64,000 nt of DNA, taken from Heteronotia binoei (lineage: Eukaryota). Within the stretch, counting starts at the first letter, position 1. The number at the start of each line of letters is the position of its first letter. Below are positions 53,151 to 64,000 of the stretch, one piece after another. The stretch covers positions 40,920,001 through 40,984,000 of the forward strand of contig NC_083240.1 in assembly GCF_032191835.1 (NCBI RefSeq), written 5' to 3'. The position numbers and the translations under genes were made by a program. The notes below the pieces were generated by a model. It did not search any database. It was given only the letters and a program-made list of their open reading frames with translations, and was not told where the DNA came from.

Positions 53151-53750
53151 AGACGAAGACGAAGACTGCAGATTTATACCCCGTCCTTCTCTCTGAATCA
53201 GAGGCTCAGAGCGGCTTACAATTTCCCAGGGCTTTTTTTGTAGCAGGAAATCCTTTGCATACTATACCATACATCCATGATATAGCCAGTCCTCCTGGAG
53301 CTTACAGTAGGCCCTGCAATAAGACCCCTGTAAGCTCTTGGAGGATTGGCTACATCAGGGCTGTGTGGCCTAATATGCAAAGGAATTCCTGCTACAAAAA
53401 ACGCCCTGCAATCTCCTATATCGGGGTGGCCAATGGTAGCTCTCCAGATGTTTTTTTGCCTACAACTCCCATCAGCCCCAACCACTGGCCATGCTAGCTG
53501 GGGCTGATGGGAGTTGTAGGCAAAAAAACATCTGGAGAGCTACCGTTGGCCACCCATCCTATATTTTCTCCCCCCTGTGAGGTGGATGGGGCTGAGAGGG
53601 CTCTCCCAGAAGCTGCCCTTTCAAGGACAACCTCTGCCAGAGCTATGGCTGACCAAGGCCATTCCAGCAGCTGCAAGTGGAGGAGTGGGGAATCAAACCT
53701 GTTTCTCCCGGATAAGAGTCCGAACACTTAACCACTACACCAAACTGGCT
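53151..53750 (-). mobile_element. Squam3-like SINE carrying two nested MITEs (53227-53408 and 53422-53556)
   Basis: TSDs caatttcc/caatctcc and tcctatat; SINE sequence resumes after each insertion. Confidence 0.88.
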
Positions 53751-54446
53751 CTTTACTTCCTGTTAAGTTCCTGTTTCTTTAGGGTTTCCCATGTTTTTCT
53801 CCTTCTTGTGGTCAGTTTGATATCAAACAACTTTATTTCCTGCTCATCTCCTTGCTGTTTAAATCTGGACGGGAGATAAACTGGAAATAAAGCTGTTTGA
53901 TATCGAATCGGCCACTAGAGGGGGCAAAAAAGCGTGGAAGAAAAACCCTTGAAGAAACCGGAACTCAACAGCTAGTAAAATGAGAATGGGGAAAAGCTCA
54001 CTGACTGGATAAAGTGCTATGCATTATGATGTCCCTATGGTGTTCTCAGATCTTGGAGGTGGCCAATTGTTGGTCCTCCTCAGAACACTGACATAAGGGT
54101 GATTTTTACAAGGAATCTGATTACTGATTCATTCTTCTGGCTGGAAGAAGATATTCCCAGTCTTCCAGAGATTCTTCACAGATGAAAATTGCTGAAAAGG
54201 AAACCACAGAAGCGATTCCAATTCATAGTTATCCCCTGAGCTGCTTATAGAACTTTTGGGAACCTACACAGAGGTTTGTGTATGCAAAATCTGGGTTTTC
54301 AAGCACAAATGTCTTAAACTAATCCATCACTGTAGGATCGAGTCCTTCAAAGGCTTGGGAAATAGAATTTGGTTAAAATTATATTTATTCATCAAAGTGG
54401 GTCTAATATTAACGTTCCTGGAATAAGCACAGCAAGCATTTCCCAT

Positions 54447-54718
54447 TTGGTGTAGTGGTTAAGTGCGTGGACTCTTATCTGGGAGAACCGAGTTTGATTC
54501 CCCACTCCTCCACGTGCACCTGCTGGAATGGCCTTGGGTTAGCCATAACTCTGGCAGAAGTTGTCCCTGAAAGGGCAGCTGCTGTGAGAATCCTCTCAGC
54601 CCCACCCACCTCACAGGGTGTCTGTTGGGGGGGGGAGAAGATATAGGAGATTGTAAGCTGCTCTGAGTCTCTGATTCAGAGAGAAGGGCAGGGTATAAAT
54701 CTGCAATTCTTCTTCTTC
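54447..54718 (+). mobile_element. Squam3-like tRNA SINE
   Basis: tttggtgtagtggttaag head; tail ataaatctgcaattcttcttc. Confidence 0.88.
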
Positions 54719-54941
54719 AAGTCATGCCACAAAGTACACTGCAGTTGCCAGATCATAAGTCTGCTATTAAGAGAAGTCTTGTAACTCTGATTCGAGTACT
54801 CAAGAGAACCCTCCTGTTATCGCTGAATTATAAACATTACTTTAGAAATCAAATGCTTTAAACTGACCAAGTCTAAACCGATCCTAATTAAATAACATGT
54901 AGTGGGTTGCATCAAGTGCAAAACTTCTCTTTCCACTAAAG

Positions 54942-55500
54942 CAGAGGTGTCGAGCTCATAACTTTGTTATGAGGGACGAATATGATATAAATGAGACTTT
55001 GTTGGGCCAGGTCATGTTGAGTTGGGCTGAGCCATGTCAGCCCGGGCCACGTGTGTACCTATTTAAGATTAGGTAGCAGAAATACAAATTTTATAAACAC
55101 AAACACAAATATATATATATATTAAAAACTTAAAACATGCTTAAAACATTAGCACTCATTGGTCTTAAAGATGCTTTCTTTATATTTCTCCCATGGGATC
55201 CAAGGAACTGGGCAAAGGAAGCACTGGCTCTTTCCTGCCTTCCCCGGGAGACTGGGGGGGGGGGCCTCAGCCAATAGAAGGAAGATAGGCTTGGCTCAGT
55301 AGCTCCACTGTGCAATTGAGAGAGCCTGGCAAAGCAAGCTATTCCTCCCCCCTTCCTCCCCAAGGGAGGAGCCTCAGCCAATGGAGAAAATAGAGGTTTT
55401 GCTCTGTAGCGCCTGTGCGATTGAGCAAGCCTTACAAAGCAAGCTGTGATATAGAAGGAAGTAAGAGAGAAGGAGAAAGAAGCGGATCTTTAAGACCAAC
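54942..55500. mobile_element. hAT (Charlie-like) element fragment
   Basis: Shares long blocks with 14186-15028. Confidence 0.72.
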
Positions 55501-55731
55501 GAGGGCTAACGTTTTAACCATGTTTTAAGTTTTTAATTCCAGGAGATCTCTAAGTCTCCTCCACACACACACCCCACCTTCCCAGGCAGCCACCTCTTCT
55601 TGTCACTGGAAGCTAGGAGGACGACACCAGCTGGTGCCCCTTTTCTCTTCCGACCGTCATCCTCAGCCTCAGCCCTGGAGCCTCTTCGGAGGTCTCTACA
55701 GCAAGCAATCAGTGCCTCTGAGCGGGCACAG

Positions 55732-56252
55732 TAGGGTTGCCAAGTCCAATTTAAGAAATATCTGGGGACTTTGGGAGTGGAGCCAGGAGACTTTGGGGGT
55801 GGAGCCAGGAGACATTAGGGGTGGAGCCAAGATCAAGACTGTGACAAGCATCATTGAACTCCAAAGGGAGTTCCGGCCACCGCATTTAAAGGGACAGCAC
55901 ACCTTTTCAATGCCTTCCTTCCATAGGAAATCATGAAGGATAGGGGCACCTTCTTTTGGGGCTCATAGAATTGGACCCCCTGGTCCAATCTTTTTGAAAC
56001 TTGGGGGATATTTTGGGGAGAGGCACTAGATGCTATAATGAAAATTTGGTGCCTCTACCTCAAAAAATACCGCCCCCCCCCCCAGATATCCACGGATCCA
56101 TGATTTTCTATGGGAATAAATCTCCCTAGGGAATAATAGAGTTCCCAGCAGACATTTCCCTCCCCTCCCCCCGCTTTCTGACGACCCTGAAGCGGGGGGG
56201 GGGGCTCCAACCCGGGGGATCCCCTGCCCCCAGCTGGGGATTGGCAACCCTA
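55732..56252. mobile_element. hAT MITE with TAGGGTTGCCA TIRs (Blackjack-like)
   Basis: TIRs plus perfect 8-bp TSD gggcacag. Confidence 0.92.
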
Positions 56253-56816
56253 GGGCACAGAGTGCCGCGCCATTTTTCCTGACGGGATCTAAACACCCCA
56301 AATGGAAGGGAGGCGAATGAGAGGAAGCGAGCGCCCCCTGGCCGGTCCCGTCTGTCCGTCCGCGGCAGCCCTTCCGAGGGGGCGAGCGAGTCTCTTCCCG
56401 CCAACCCCCACCACCACCACCACCCACCTCTCGCAGCGCGGCCGTGGCTTCATGACAGGCCGCGGCCTCCCGCCGCCGCCATCCCCGGCCGCGAGTCGAC
56501 AAACAAGCTCCGGGAGTGGGCGAGGCGAGGAGCGGGCAGGCCGAAGCCGACTGCCGGCCCCGAGGAGGAAGGGGCGTGGCTGGGCCGAGGGCGGGGAGGA
56601 GGCGAGAAGGCCGCGGAGGCAGGGCGGGCGCCATGGCAACGGGAGGCGACGGCCCGCGCCGCCTCGGGCCTGCTGCTGCTGCCGCTGCCGCTGTGAAGGG
56701 AAAGAGCGGCAAGTGGCGACTGTCCCCGCTCGGCCTTTCCTCATGAGTAGGGGGCTGCTCTCCTTGTTTGTTTTGATGGCTTTTCCCCCTTTACAGTTAT
56801 TCGTTCGCTTAATAAG
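56253..56816 (-). promoter_or_regulatory. RNFT1: CpG island: RNFT1 promoter, 5'UTR and exon 1
   Basis: Very high GC and CpG density, GGGCGG boxes, (GCT/GCC)n tract; upstream of exon 2 on - strand. Confidence 0.85.
56428..56453 (-). CDS. RNFT1: RNFT1 exon 1 coding part (MKPRPRCE-R)
   Basis: ATG in the CpG island; GAGAG|gtgggt donor; 26 nt joins exon 2 in frame. Start codon choice not proven. Confidence 0.7.
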
Positions 56817-57790
56817 TAGGGTTGCCAATCTCCAGGTGGGGGCAGGGGATCCCCCGGGTTGGAGCCCCTCCCCCCCCTTCAGGGTCATCAGAAAGCCAGG
56901 GAAGGAAGGAAATGTCTGCTGGGCACTCCGTGAGTCCCTATGGAAACTGATTCGCATAGAGTATAATGGGAAGTTGATCAACAGGTCTCTGGTAGGGTTG
57001 CCAATCCCCAGGTGGGGGCAGGGGATCCCCCGGTTTGGAGACCCTCCCCCCGCTTCAGGGTCGTCAGAAAGCGGGGGGAGGGGAGGGAAATGTCTGCTGG
57101 GAACTCTGTTATTCCCTATGGAGATTTATTCCCTTAGAAAATCATGGAGAATTGATCCACAGGTATCTGGGGCTCTGGGGAGACTGTTTTTTGGGGTAGA
57201 GGCACCAAATTTTCAGTATAGCATCTAGTGCCTCTTCCCAAAATACCCCCCAAGTTTCAAAAAGGTTGGATCAGGGGGTCCAATTCTATGAGCCCCAAAA
57301 GAAGGTGCCCCTATACTTCATTATTTCCTATGGAAGGAAGGAATTGAAAGGTGTGCCGTCCCTTTAAATGTGATGGCCAGAACTCCCTTGATCTTGGCTC
57401 CACCCCTAATGTCTCCTGGCTCCACCCCCCAAAGCCCCCAGATATTTCTTGAATTGGACTTGGCAACCCTAGTCTCTGGGGAAGCTGTGTTTTTGAGGTA
57501 GAATCACCAAATTTTCAGCATAGCATCCAGTGCCTCTCGCTAAAACAGCCTCCAAGTTTTAAAAGGATTGGACTAGGGGGGTCTAATGCTGTGAACCCCA
57601 AAAGAGGGTGCCCCTACATTATTTCCAATGGAGGGAAGGTGTTTAAAAGGTATGTGGTTCCCTTAAATGTGAGGACCTGAACTACCTTAGGAGTTCAGTT
57701 GTGCTTGTCACAACCTGGCTCCACCCCCACGTCTCCTGGCTCCGCCCCCAAAGTCTCCAGATATTTCTTGAATTGGACTTGGCAACCCTA
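56817..57790. mobile_element. Older copy of the TAGGGTTGCCA MITE split by a younger copy (56993-57471)
   Basis: Inner copy has perfect TSD gtctctgg; both are inverted relative to 55732-56252. Confidence 0.88.
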
Positions 57791-57982
57791 GTTGGAGTCC
57801 AGGGCACCTTGAAGACCAACCGAGTTTAATTCTGAGGATAATACTTCCTGTGTATGCACTCTTTCCTCAGATAAATTGAAAAAGATTTCTTCAAGTTTTA
57901 CATATGGGTAAAAGAGGGACAGGGTAGTTGCCGGAAAGGGCTGGTTAGAGTCAAGATTTCGATGTATCTGGCTCGTTCGTTT

Positions 57983-58465
57983 GGAGAAAGATCAAATGAG
58001 GGGAGACACAATAGAGGTTTACAAGATTATGCATGGGATAGAGAAGGCAGAGAAAGAAGTACTTTTCTCCCTTTCTCACAATACAAGAACTCGTGGGCAT
58101 TCAATGAAATTGCTGAGCAGTTGGGTTAGAAAGGATAAAAGGAAGTCCTTCTTCATCCAAACACATTCACTGCCACAGGAGGTGGTGGCAGCTGCAAGCG
58201 TCAGCTTCAAGAGGGGATTGGATAAGCATATGGAGAAGAGGTCCATCAGTGGCTATTAGCCACAGCATATTGTTGGAACTCTCTGTCTGGGGCAGTGATG
58301 CTCTATATTCTTGTGCTTGAGGGAGGGGGGCAGTGGAAGGGCTTCTAGTCCCACTGGTGCATCTCTTGATGGCATTTGGGGTTTTTTTTGGCCACTGTTT
58401 GTCACAGAGTGTTGGACTGATGGGCCATTGGCCTGATCTAACATGGCTTCTCTTATATTCTTATG
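57983..58465 (+). mobile_element. CR1 LINE 3' fragment
   Basis: ORF 57981-58259 RGDTIEVYKIMHGIEKAEKEVLFSLSHNTRTRGH; same subfamily as 9069-9570. Confidence 0.93.
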
Positions 58466-59650
58466 TATCTGAATGCACAGGAAAGCTTATCCCCAGAATT
58501 AAACTTTGTTGGTCTTAAAGGTGGCACTAGACTCAAACTCTCTCCCCGCCCCGGTTCATTTTGCATAGGTTTTTTTTTTATTATTATTAAATTAATAATT
58601 GTCTCTTGTTTTGTTTCCAGATTCTTATTTCTGTTTCAGCATTGCGGAGTGTTGCTTTATTTGCATGGTCGTTTTATTACAGTGTGGGTTAATTTTACTT
58701 TAATATGTTAAATGGTCAACATTGCTTTAGTTTCAATTGAGATAGTATGTTTTATTCTTGTTATTTTATTGTAGTAGAGCTATTAGTATGTTATCTTTGA
58801 ATTGTTGGTGTTTTGTTCATTTTGTTTACTACTACTGTTACTTTTTGAAAACTTATATTTCACAGTAATAAATGTTACTGTTTGAAGGGTCCAAATCAGC
58901 GTTCTGAGCAAGTGGATGTTGATTTTTTTAAATCATGTATTACAGTGGTATCTTAAATCAAAGATGGAGAATGCTGCATTTTTTACAGCGTCGCAACCAA
59001 AGCAGAGAGAGCAAAGGGAACTTTTGCCCAAGTAGTCAAGGTTTGAATCTGGGTTCCATGGCCTATTCTTGCTACAACACCGCATTGACTAACCTTAATT
59101 CTTTGTTAGAGTGCCACTAAAATAAAATATTTGGCGGCTAGAATTCAACAGAAGTTAGCAGCAAACTGTCAGCCTTAATAGTTGCTGATTACAGCCCTGA
59201 TACATCTTATTTGCTCACCACACTTTGCTACCCAACTAGGATAGAGTAAGGTAGACTCACTAAGGTAGACTCTCCCCTTCACCTAGTTCATGGGATTGTA
59301 TTTGCAGTAACTTGCAACTCCATCCCTTCATCTGTGTGGGTTTTTTTTTTCTCTTAGGTGTTCCATAGCAAAAGAACATTTGACAAGACGCTTGACAAAG
59401 GGTCGCTGTATCCATCTTTTTTAAAAAATTGCATAAAATGGAAAAGCAAGCTGGAGAAAAATCAGAATGCTCAAGAACAGGTGTACGGAACAACGATCAG
59501 GATCTTGGTGCTTCTTGGTTAAATTTCTGCATACAGGAGACATTATTACCTGGAAAGCCATGGCATAAGGTATTGAAGCAAGCCCCAACTGTAAAGTACA
59601 TTTTTATTTTACTTTCTGTGTTCTAAGTAGAGGTAGCCAACTTTTTTGGC

Positions 59651-60142
59651 TAGGGTTGCCAAGTCCAATTCAAGAAATATATGGGGACTTTGGGGGTGGA
59701 GCCAGGAGACTTTGAGGGTGGAGGCAGAAGCAAGGGTGTGACAATCATAATTGAACTCCAAAGGGAGTGCTGGCCAGCACATTTAAAAAGACAGCAAATG
59801 TCTTCCCTTCATTGGAAATAATGAAGCATAGAGGCACCTTCTTTGGGGGCTCATAGAATTGGACCCCCTGGTCCAATCTTTTTGAAACTTGGACAGTCTT
59901 TTGAGGAGAGGTATTGGATGCTATGCTGCAAATATGGTGCCTCTATCTCAAAAAACAGGCCCCGCCCACAGCCCCAGATACCCACATATCAATTTTTCAT
60001 TATGCCCTATGGGAATGGATCTCTATAGGGAATAGAGTGCCCAGCAGACAGTTCCCCCGTTCGCTTTCTAATGACCCTGAAGCGGGGGGAGGGCCTCCAA
60101 ACCGGGGGATCCCCTGCCCCCACCTGGGGATTGGCAACCCTA
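59651..60142. mobile_element. TAGGGTTGCCA MITE copy
   Basis: TIRs; TSD 6/8 match (tttttggc/tcttcggc). Confidence 0.85.
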
Positions 60143-61111
60143 TCTTCGGCCCAAATGACAAATAAAAGAAGCAACATCTACCAGATGTCAGTGTGCTGGC
60201 AAACAAAGTGGGGGAGGGATGTTCCTGTACGAAAATTAAAACACCTCCAAGCCCACAGGCACCTTGGCGAAAGAAATAGTCTGTAATCCCACTGATACTT
60301 AAACCCAGAATTATTATTTTTAACAAGTGCCTGCCTGATTCTAAGAACATGGACTATAAACTTTGCCGTGGCCAACGTTACACTTCTGCCTTCGCCGGCT
60401 AGAAGACGTGGCAAGTGGAAATCATGCAAGCAGCAGGGGAACCTGTTCAATAAACGCAATATGACAATGGCTCTTATAGAAGAGTGATGGTTGCACTTCG
60501 CCAGACAGACCTGTAGGCCTAGTTGGGCTGCAACATTTCAGAGAGTTGCCGGGGACCCAGCTGTTGGCTGTGCAGCGTGGGAGGTGATGATGGGCGTAAA
60601 CCATGCCTGGCGGCTTCTGTGCCACTGTCCCCAGCGGTGCTGCCAGTGCAGAAATCTGCCCTGCTAGATCACACCTGTCTCCTCCAGCATCCTCTTATAT
60701 CTAGTGGCTAAGTGCCCTGCTCTGCACTTTCTCTTTTTTTTGGATTTAAACATACATTACATTCCAAATATGGTTGCACCAGGCAGGGCTGGATCTACAT
60801 TTTTTTTGAGGGGGAACAGAATTAAAAAATGGTGCCCCCTATTGGGCCATTTTATCTTATGGTCCCATAGAATACAGTGGACTCCATACCCAATTTGGCG
60901 CCCCCCCCCCCCTCCGTCAAGCACCCCGTCTGCCCTCAACCAGATACGGCCCGCACCGTATAAAATTATTGCAATATTGACCGTTCAATTTTCCATTCCC
61001 TTGCTAATGATCCCAAGGATGGAGATTGTTCAAACGAACACTTTCATGGGCTGTTCTCCAGAATCCTGAGATCTCTTTCCTTTTTGGGAACTGCCAGTTC
61101 AGACCCTGTCA

Positions 61112-61315
61112 GCATATGAACATATGAAGCTGCCTTATACTGAATCAGACCCTTGGTCCTTCAGAGTCAGTCTTGTCTTCTCAGACTGGCAGCGGCTCTC
61201 CAGCTGAGGTTTTTCACACCTATTTGCCTGGACCCTTTTTTAGAGATGCCAGGGATTGAACCTGGGACCTTCTGCTTACCAAGCAGATGCTCTACCACTG
61301 AGCCACCGTCCCTCC
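61112..61315 (-). mobile_element. Squam2-like tRNA SINE
   Basis: Match to sibling copies. Confidence 0.85.
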
Positions 61316-61399
61316 TGCTTTAGCATACATCTAAAGCTAGGAGTTTTCTGTTCCCAGGTAACTTACACTGAACTTTTCTGTTCTTGTAGTTACTTACAC

Positions 61400-61790
61400 T
61401 GAACTTCACACCATGTTTTTGCCTGTTTTGAGGAGTTTATCACAATCTGCTCTGGTTGTCACCATCTTTAGCAATTTGGCATCACCTGCAAATCTGCCCA
61501 CTGCATTGCTCACCCCTAATTCCAGATCATTTATAAATCACTCTCTCCAGTCCCAGAACTGATGCTTGTGGGACCCTGCTACTTACTTAACTCCTTTATG
61601 TGAACTATTTCCACCTACCTTGCTGCTTCCTGTTCAACCAGTTTTGAATCCAGTCCTCTTATCCCATGACTGCTAAGTTTGTTGTGAAGTCTTTGAACAG
61701 GAACCTGGTAAAAAGTTTTTTTGGAAGTAAAACTTTATCACATCTACAAGATCATGCATATCAACCTGCTTGTTAACCATTTCAGAAAAC
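61400..61790 (-). mobile_element. Old CR1 RT-region fragment
   Basis: Degenerate CR1-like segments (tttagcaatttggcatcacctgcaaat; ccagtcccagaactgatgcttgtgggaccct). Confidence 0.55.
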
Positions 61791-62112
61791 TCTCAAAGGT
61801 TTTTTTTTTTCTTTTGAGATAGGATTTCCTTTTACATCCATCCCAAGGACTAACGGCAAATAACAATATATTAACAATCAAGTTACGTATTTATTTATGC
61901 TACTTATAGTCTGTTTTTCCCACAGGGATTCGAGGTAGATTACAAACAGTGAGTCAATACAATTGACAAATGGGATATTCAACACATTAGGATTGTAGAA
62001 GTCTGAAACTAGCCAGAAGGAATTGTAGTTTAGCATAAGTATTAACATGACACATTAAGCAGGCCAGTAATTCCATAACAGCTTCCTACTTATTGTAAGC
62101 AATGCCGAGCAG

Positions 62113-62393
62113 CAGGGTGTTTTTTTGAGCAGGAACACACAGGAATGCAGTTCTGGCTGGCTTGGTGCTAGGGGTGTGGCCTAATATGCAAATGAGTTCC
62201 TGTTGGGCTTTTTCTACCAAAAAAGCCCTGCCTAGCAATATTGACAAGTTAAGCTCTATGCCTTATCTGAACCCAGGGCTTTTTGGGTAGAAAAAGTTCA
62301 GCAGGGACTCATTTGCATATTAGGCCATACCCCCTGGTGCCAAGCCAGCCGGAACTGCATTCCTGTGTGTTCCTGCTCAGAAAAAAGCCCTGT
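62113..62393. mobile_element. Inverted pair of ~120-bp MITEs (62113-62232 and 62274-62393)
   Basis: Copies are reverse complements about 40 bp apart; each carries ATGCAAAT. Confidence 0.8.
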
Positions 62394-64000
62394 CTGAACC
62401 TATTCCTGCCCACCAAATGCCAGTTTCAGTTAAATGTTCAGTGGCTGGGAACTGTTCTTTCTTCCTGCATCTTCCCTGCAGAGGTGGCTGGACTTTTTAC
62501 AAATATTGTCCCCAAGGACCTCCCAGCCTTTGCACAGGCGGTGCTTGCAGAAAGTCCTTGCAGCATGGTGCATCTGACCCAAATGCAGCCTGCACTCAGA
62601 CTACATCCCTGTAAAGCAGAAAGGGCCACAGTGGGGCCTTTGTGATCTATGCCACTTGTGAGACCCAAGTTGTGATACCGATATAGAGATCCTCCTGACA
62701 TTTCATGACTGTTCTTGAAGGCATTTTCACCCGGAAAAGCTATTACAGTCAAGACTTGTGCTGGGTTAGCATGGTTTATATGACTGCATTTCCTTACTGA
62801 CAGCTCTTTTCCCTGGACCCAAGGCCATAGCTACAGTGGGGCCCCAGGGTTCCGGCCCCACCATTTTAACACCAATGCCAAGGGTCTTGGACCTTAAACA
62901 AATGGGAAGAGAAGAAGAAACTGCAAGAATGGAGTGAGAAATGAAGCAGCTGCCCCTGGTTTCAGGCTGGAAGGGGGAGGGGCAGGCAATTATGTTTTCC
63001 TCTCAAGCATTTCCTAGGCTAGCTTGCGTCAAAGGTTCCCAGTTCAGTCTGGGGCCAGGAATCTTTGTTTAAAGACTGCAGAACATAAAATTACAAAACC
63101 CTGGGGGGGTGACTCCCAACAATTAGAAGCCAAAAGGCAAGCTTCCAGCCTCCCTGGGACTAAACCAGAAAGTCAGCCCTGCAACATAGGCTTGTTTAAT
63201 GAGTTTCTCACAAAAGCAGTTATCCTGATAGGTGGTTGCCCAGTCTAAGATGCTAGACTTAAATTGAAGTAAGTTGAAGGCAAATAACCAGAAAGAGAGA
63301 GAGAGAGAGAAAGTGCATGTTTGTGTTGTTGTTACCTCATTATGTCAGAGCTCACTTGTGTGCAACTGGGATTTACCTCTCCCTTTTCTCTGTATTCACG
63401 CCTTCATGATCTGGTCTTTCTCAGTAGGAAAGCAGTGTGAACTATTTAGATAAGGAATAACAACAAGCTAGTGAGGTTAATTAGGCTGAGAGTGTGTGTC
63501 CAGGCCAAGTTCGCCCAGCACATTTCTTTTGGGTTTAACCTATTCTTCCCATATAAATAGGCTGATACGGTCCAGTATACATTTCTGTCTTTCTATTCTT
63601 GAACTGCCACAAAGGAGTTGTAGTTCTTTCTCTGGGGAAGACTGTCATTTTGCAGACAAACACATAACCCTCAGTCTGTGTCATGGTTCCTTTACATGTT
63701 CTTGACCAGCACAAGAAGCAACATGTACAAAAGCTTGCAATGCCCAGGAATTTCATGTTTTCCTCTGGGTCTTAGGCTCAAAGCATTGACCATGAGATTT
63801 CTGAAATTAATTTCAATAAATCAAAAGTAGATTTGCAACTTACAAATACACACTTGAACAACACCTGAACAGCATACTCAAGGTTGCTACAGCCCTGACA
63901 TTGTCTCTTTTTGATGCAATAATTCCGAGCAAGAGGTGTCAGTTATCTGAAACTGTTAAACAAAACATCACAAGTGTTAATCTTTTAAATTTTTAAAAAC

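Noticed and set aside
56026-57228. Long ORFs of 228, 230 and 308 aa around the CpG island
   Set aside because: GC-rich, stop-poor sequence running into MITEs; only the 26-nt RNFT1 exon 1 segment has splice and frame support.
60422-60711. GC-moderate block with short ORFs upstream of RNFT1
   Set aside because: No splice, homology or repeat-terminus evidence could be identified by eye.
63880-63960. Possible terminal exon of another gene on - strand (ttgtttaacag|FQITDTSCSELLHQKETMSGL*)
   Set aside because: The acceptor looks plausible, but the peptide is unrecognised and no upstream exon is in the window; it cannot be supported.

Overview
Eukaryotic, intron-rich, TE-dense DNA from a squamate reptile, most likely a gecko (inferred from the SINE families present). 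It holds two convergent genes. RPS6KB1 (p70 S6 kinase 1) is on + with coding exons 2-15 (2747-26748, 1437 nt; exon 1 lies upstream of the window). RNFT1 (RING finger transmembrane E3 ligase) is on - with 9 coding exons (56453-33520, 1242 nt, 413 aa) and a CpG-island promoter near 56.25-56.82 kb. All exons have GT-AG boundaries and join in frame. Introns carry tRNA-derived SINEs, a 5S-derived SINE, CR1, L2 and Bov-B LINE fragments, several hAT MITE families with 8-bp TSDs, and Penelope-like element (PLE) termini. The most interesting signal is a recurrent ~200-bp fold-back element derived from PLE termini: it has 10-11-bp TSDs and minimal hammerhead-ribozyme cores whose stems co-vary between copies. 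Related signals are a 340-bp palindrome with a GUC-type hammerhead on each strand and a 530-bp palindrome. Other points of interest are a 7x79-bp tandem array of a SINE B-box, a uORF whose stop overlaps the RNFT1 start (ATGA), nested MITEs around the RNFT1 promoter, and SINE/LINE shared tails. There are no prokaryotic features or CRISPR arrays. Family names and human-protein comparisons are from memory, not from database searches.
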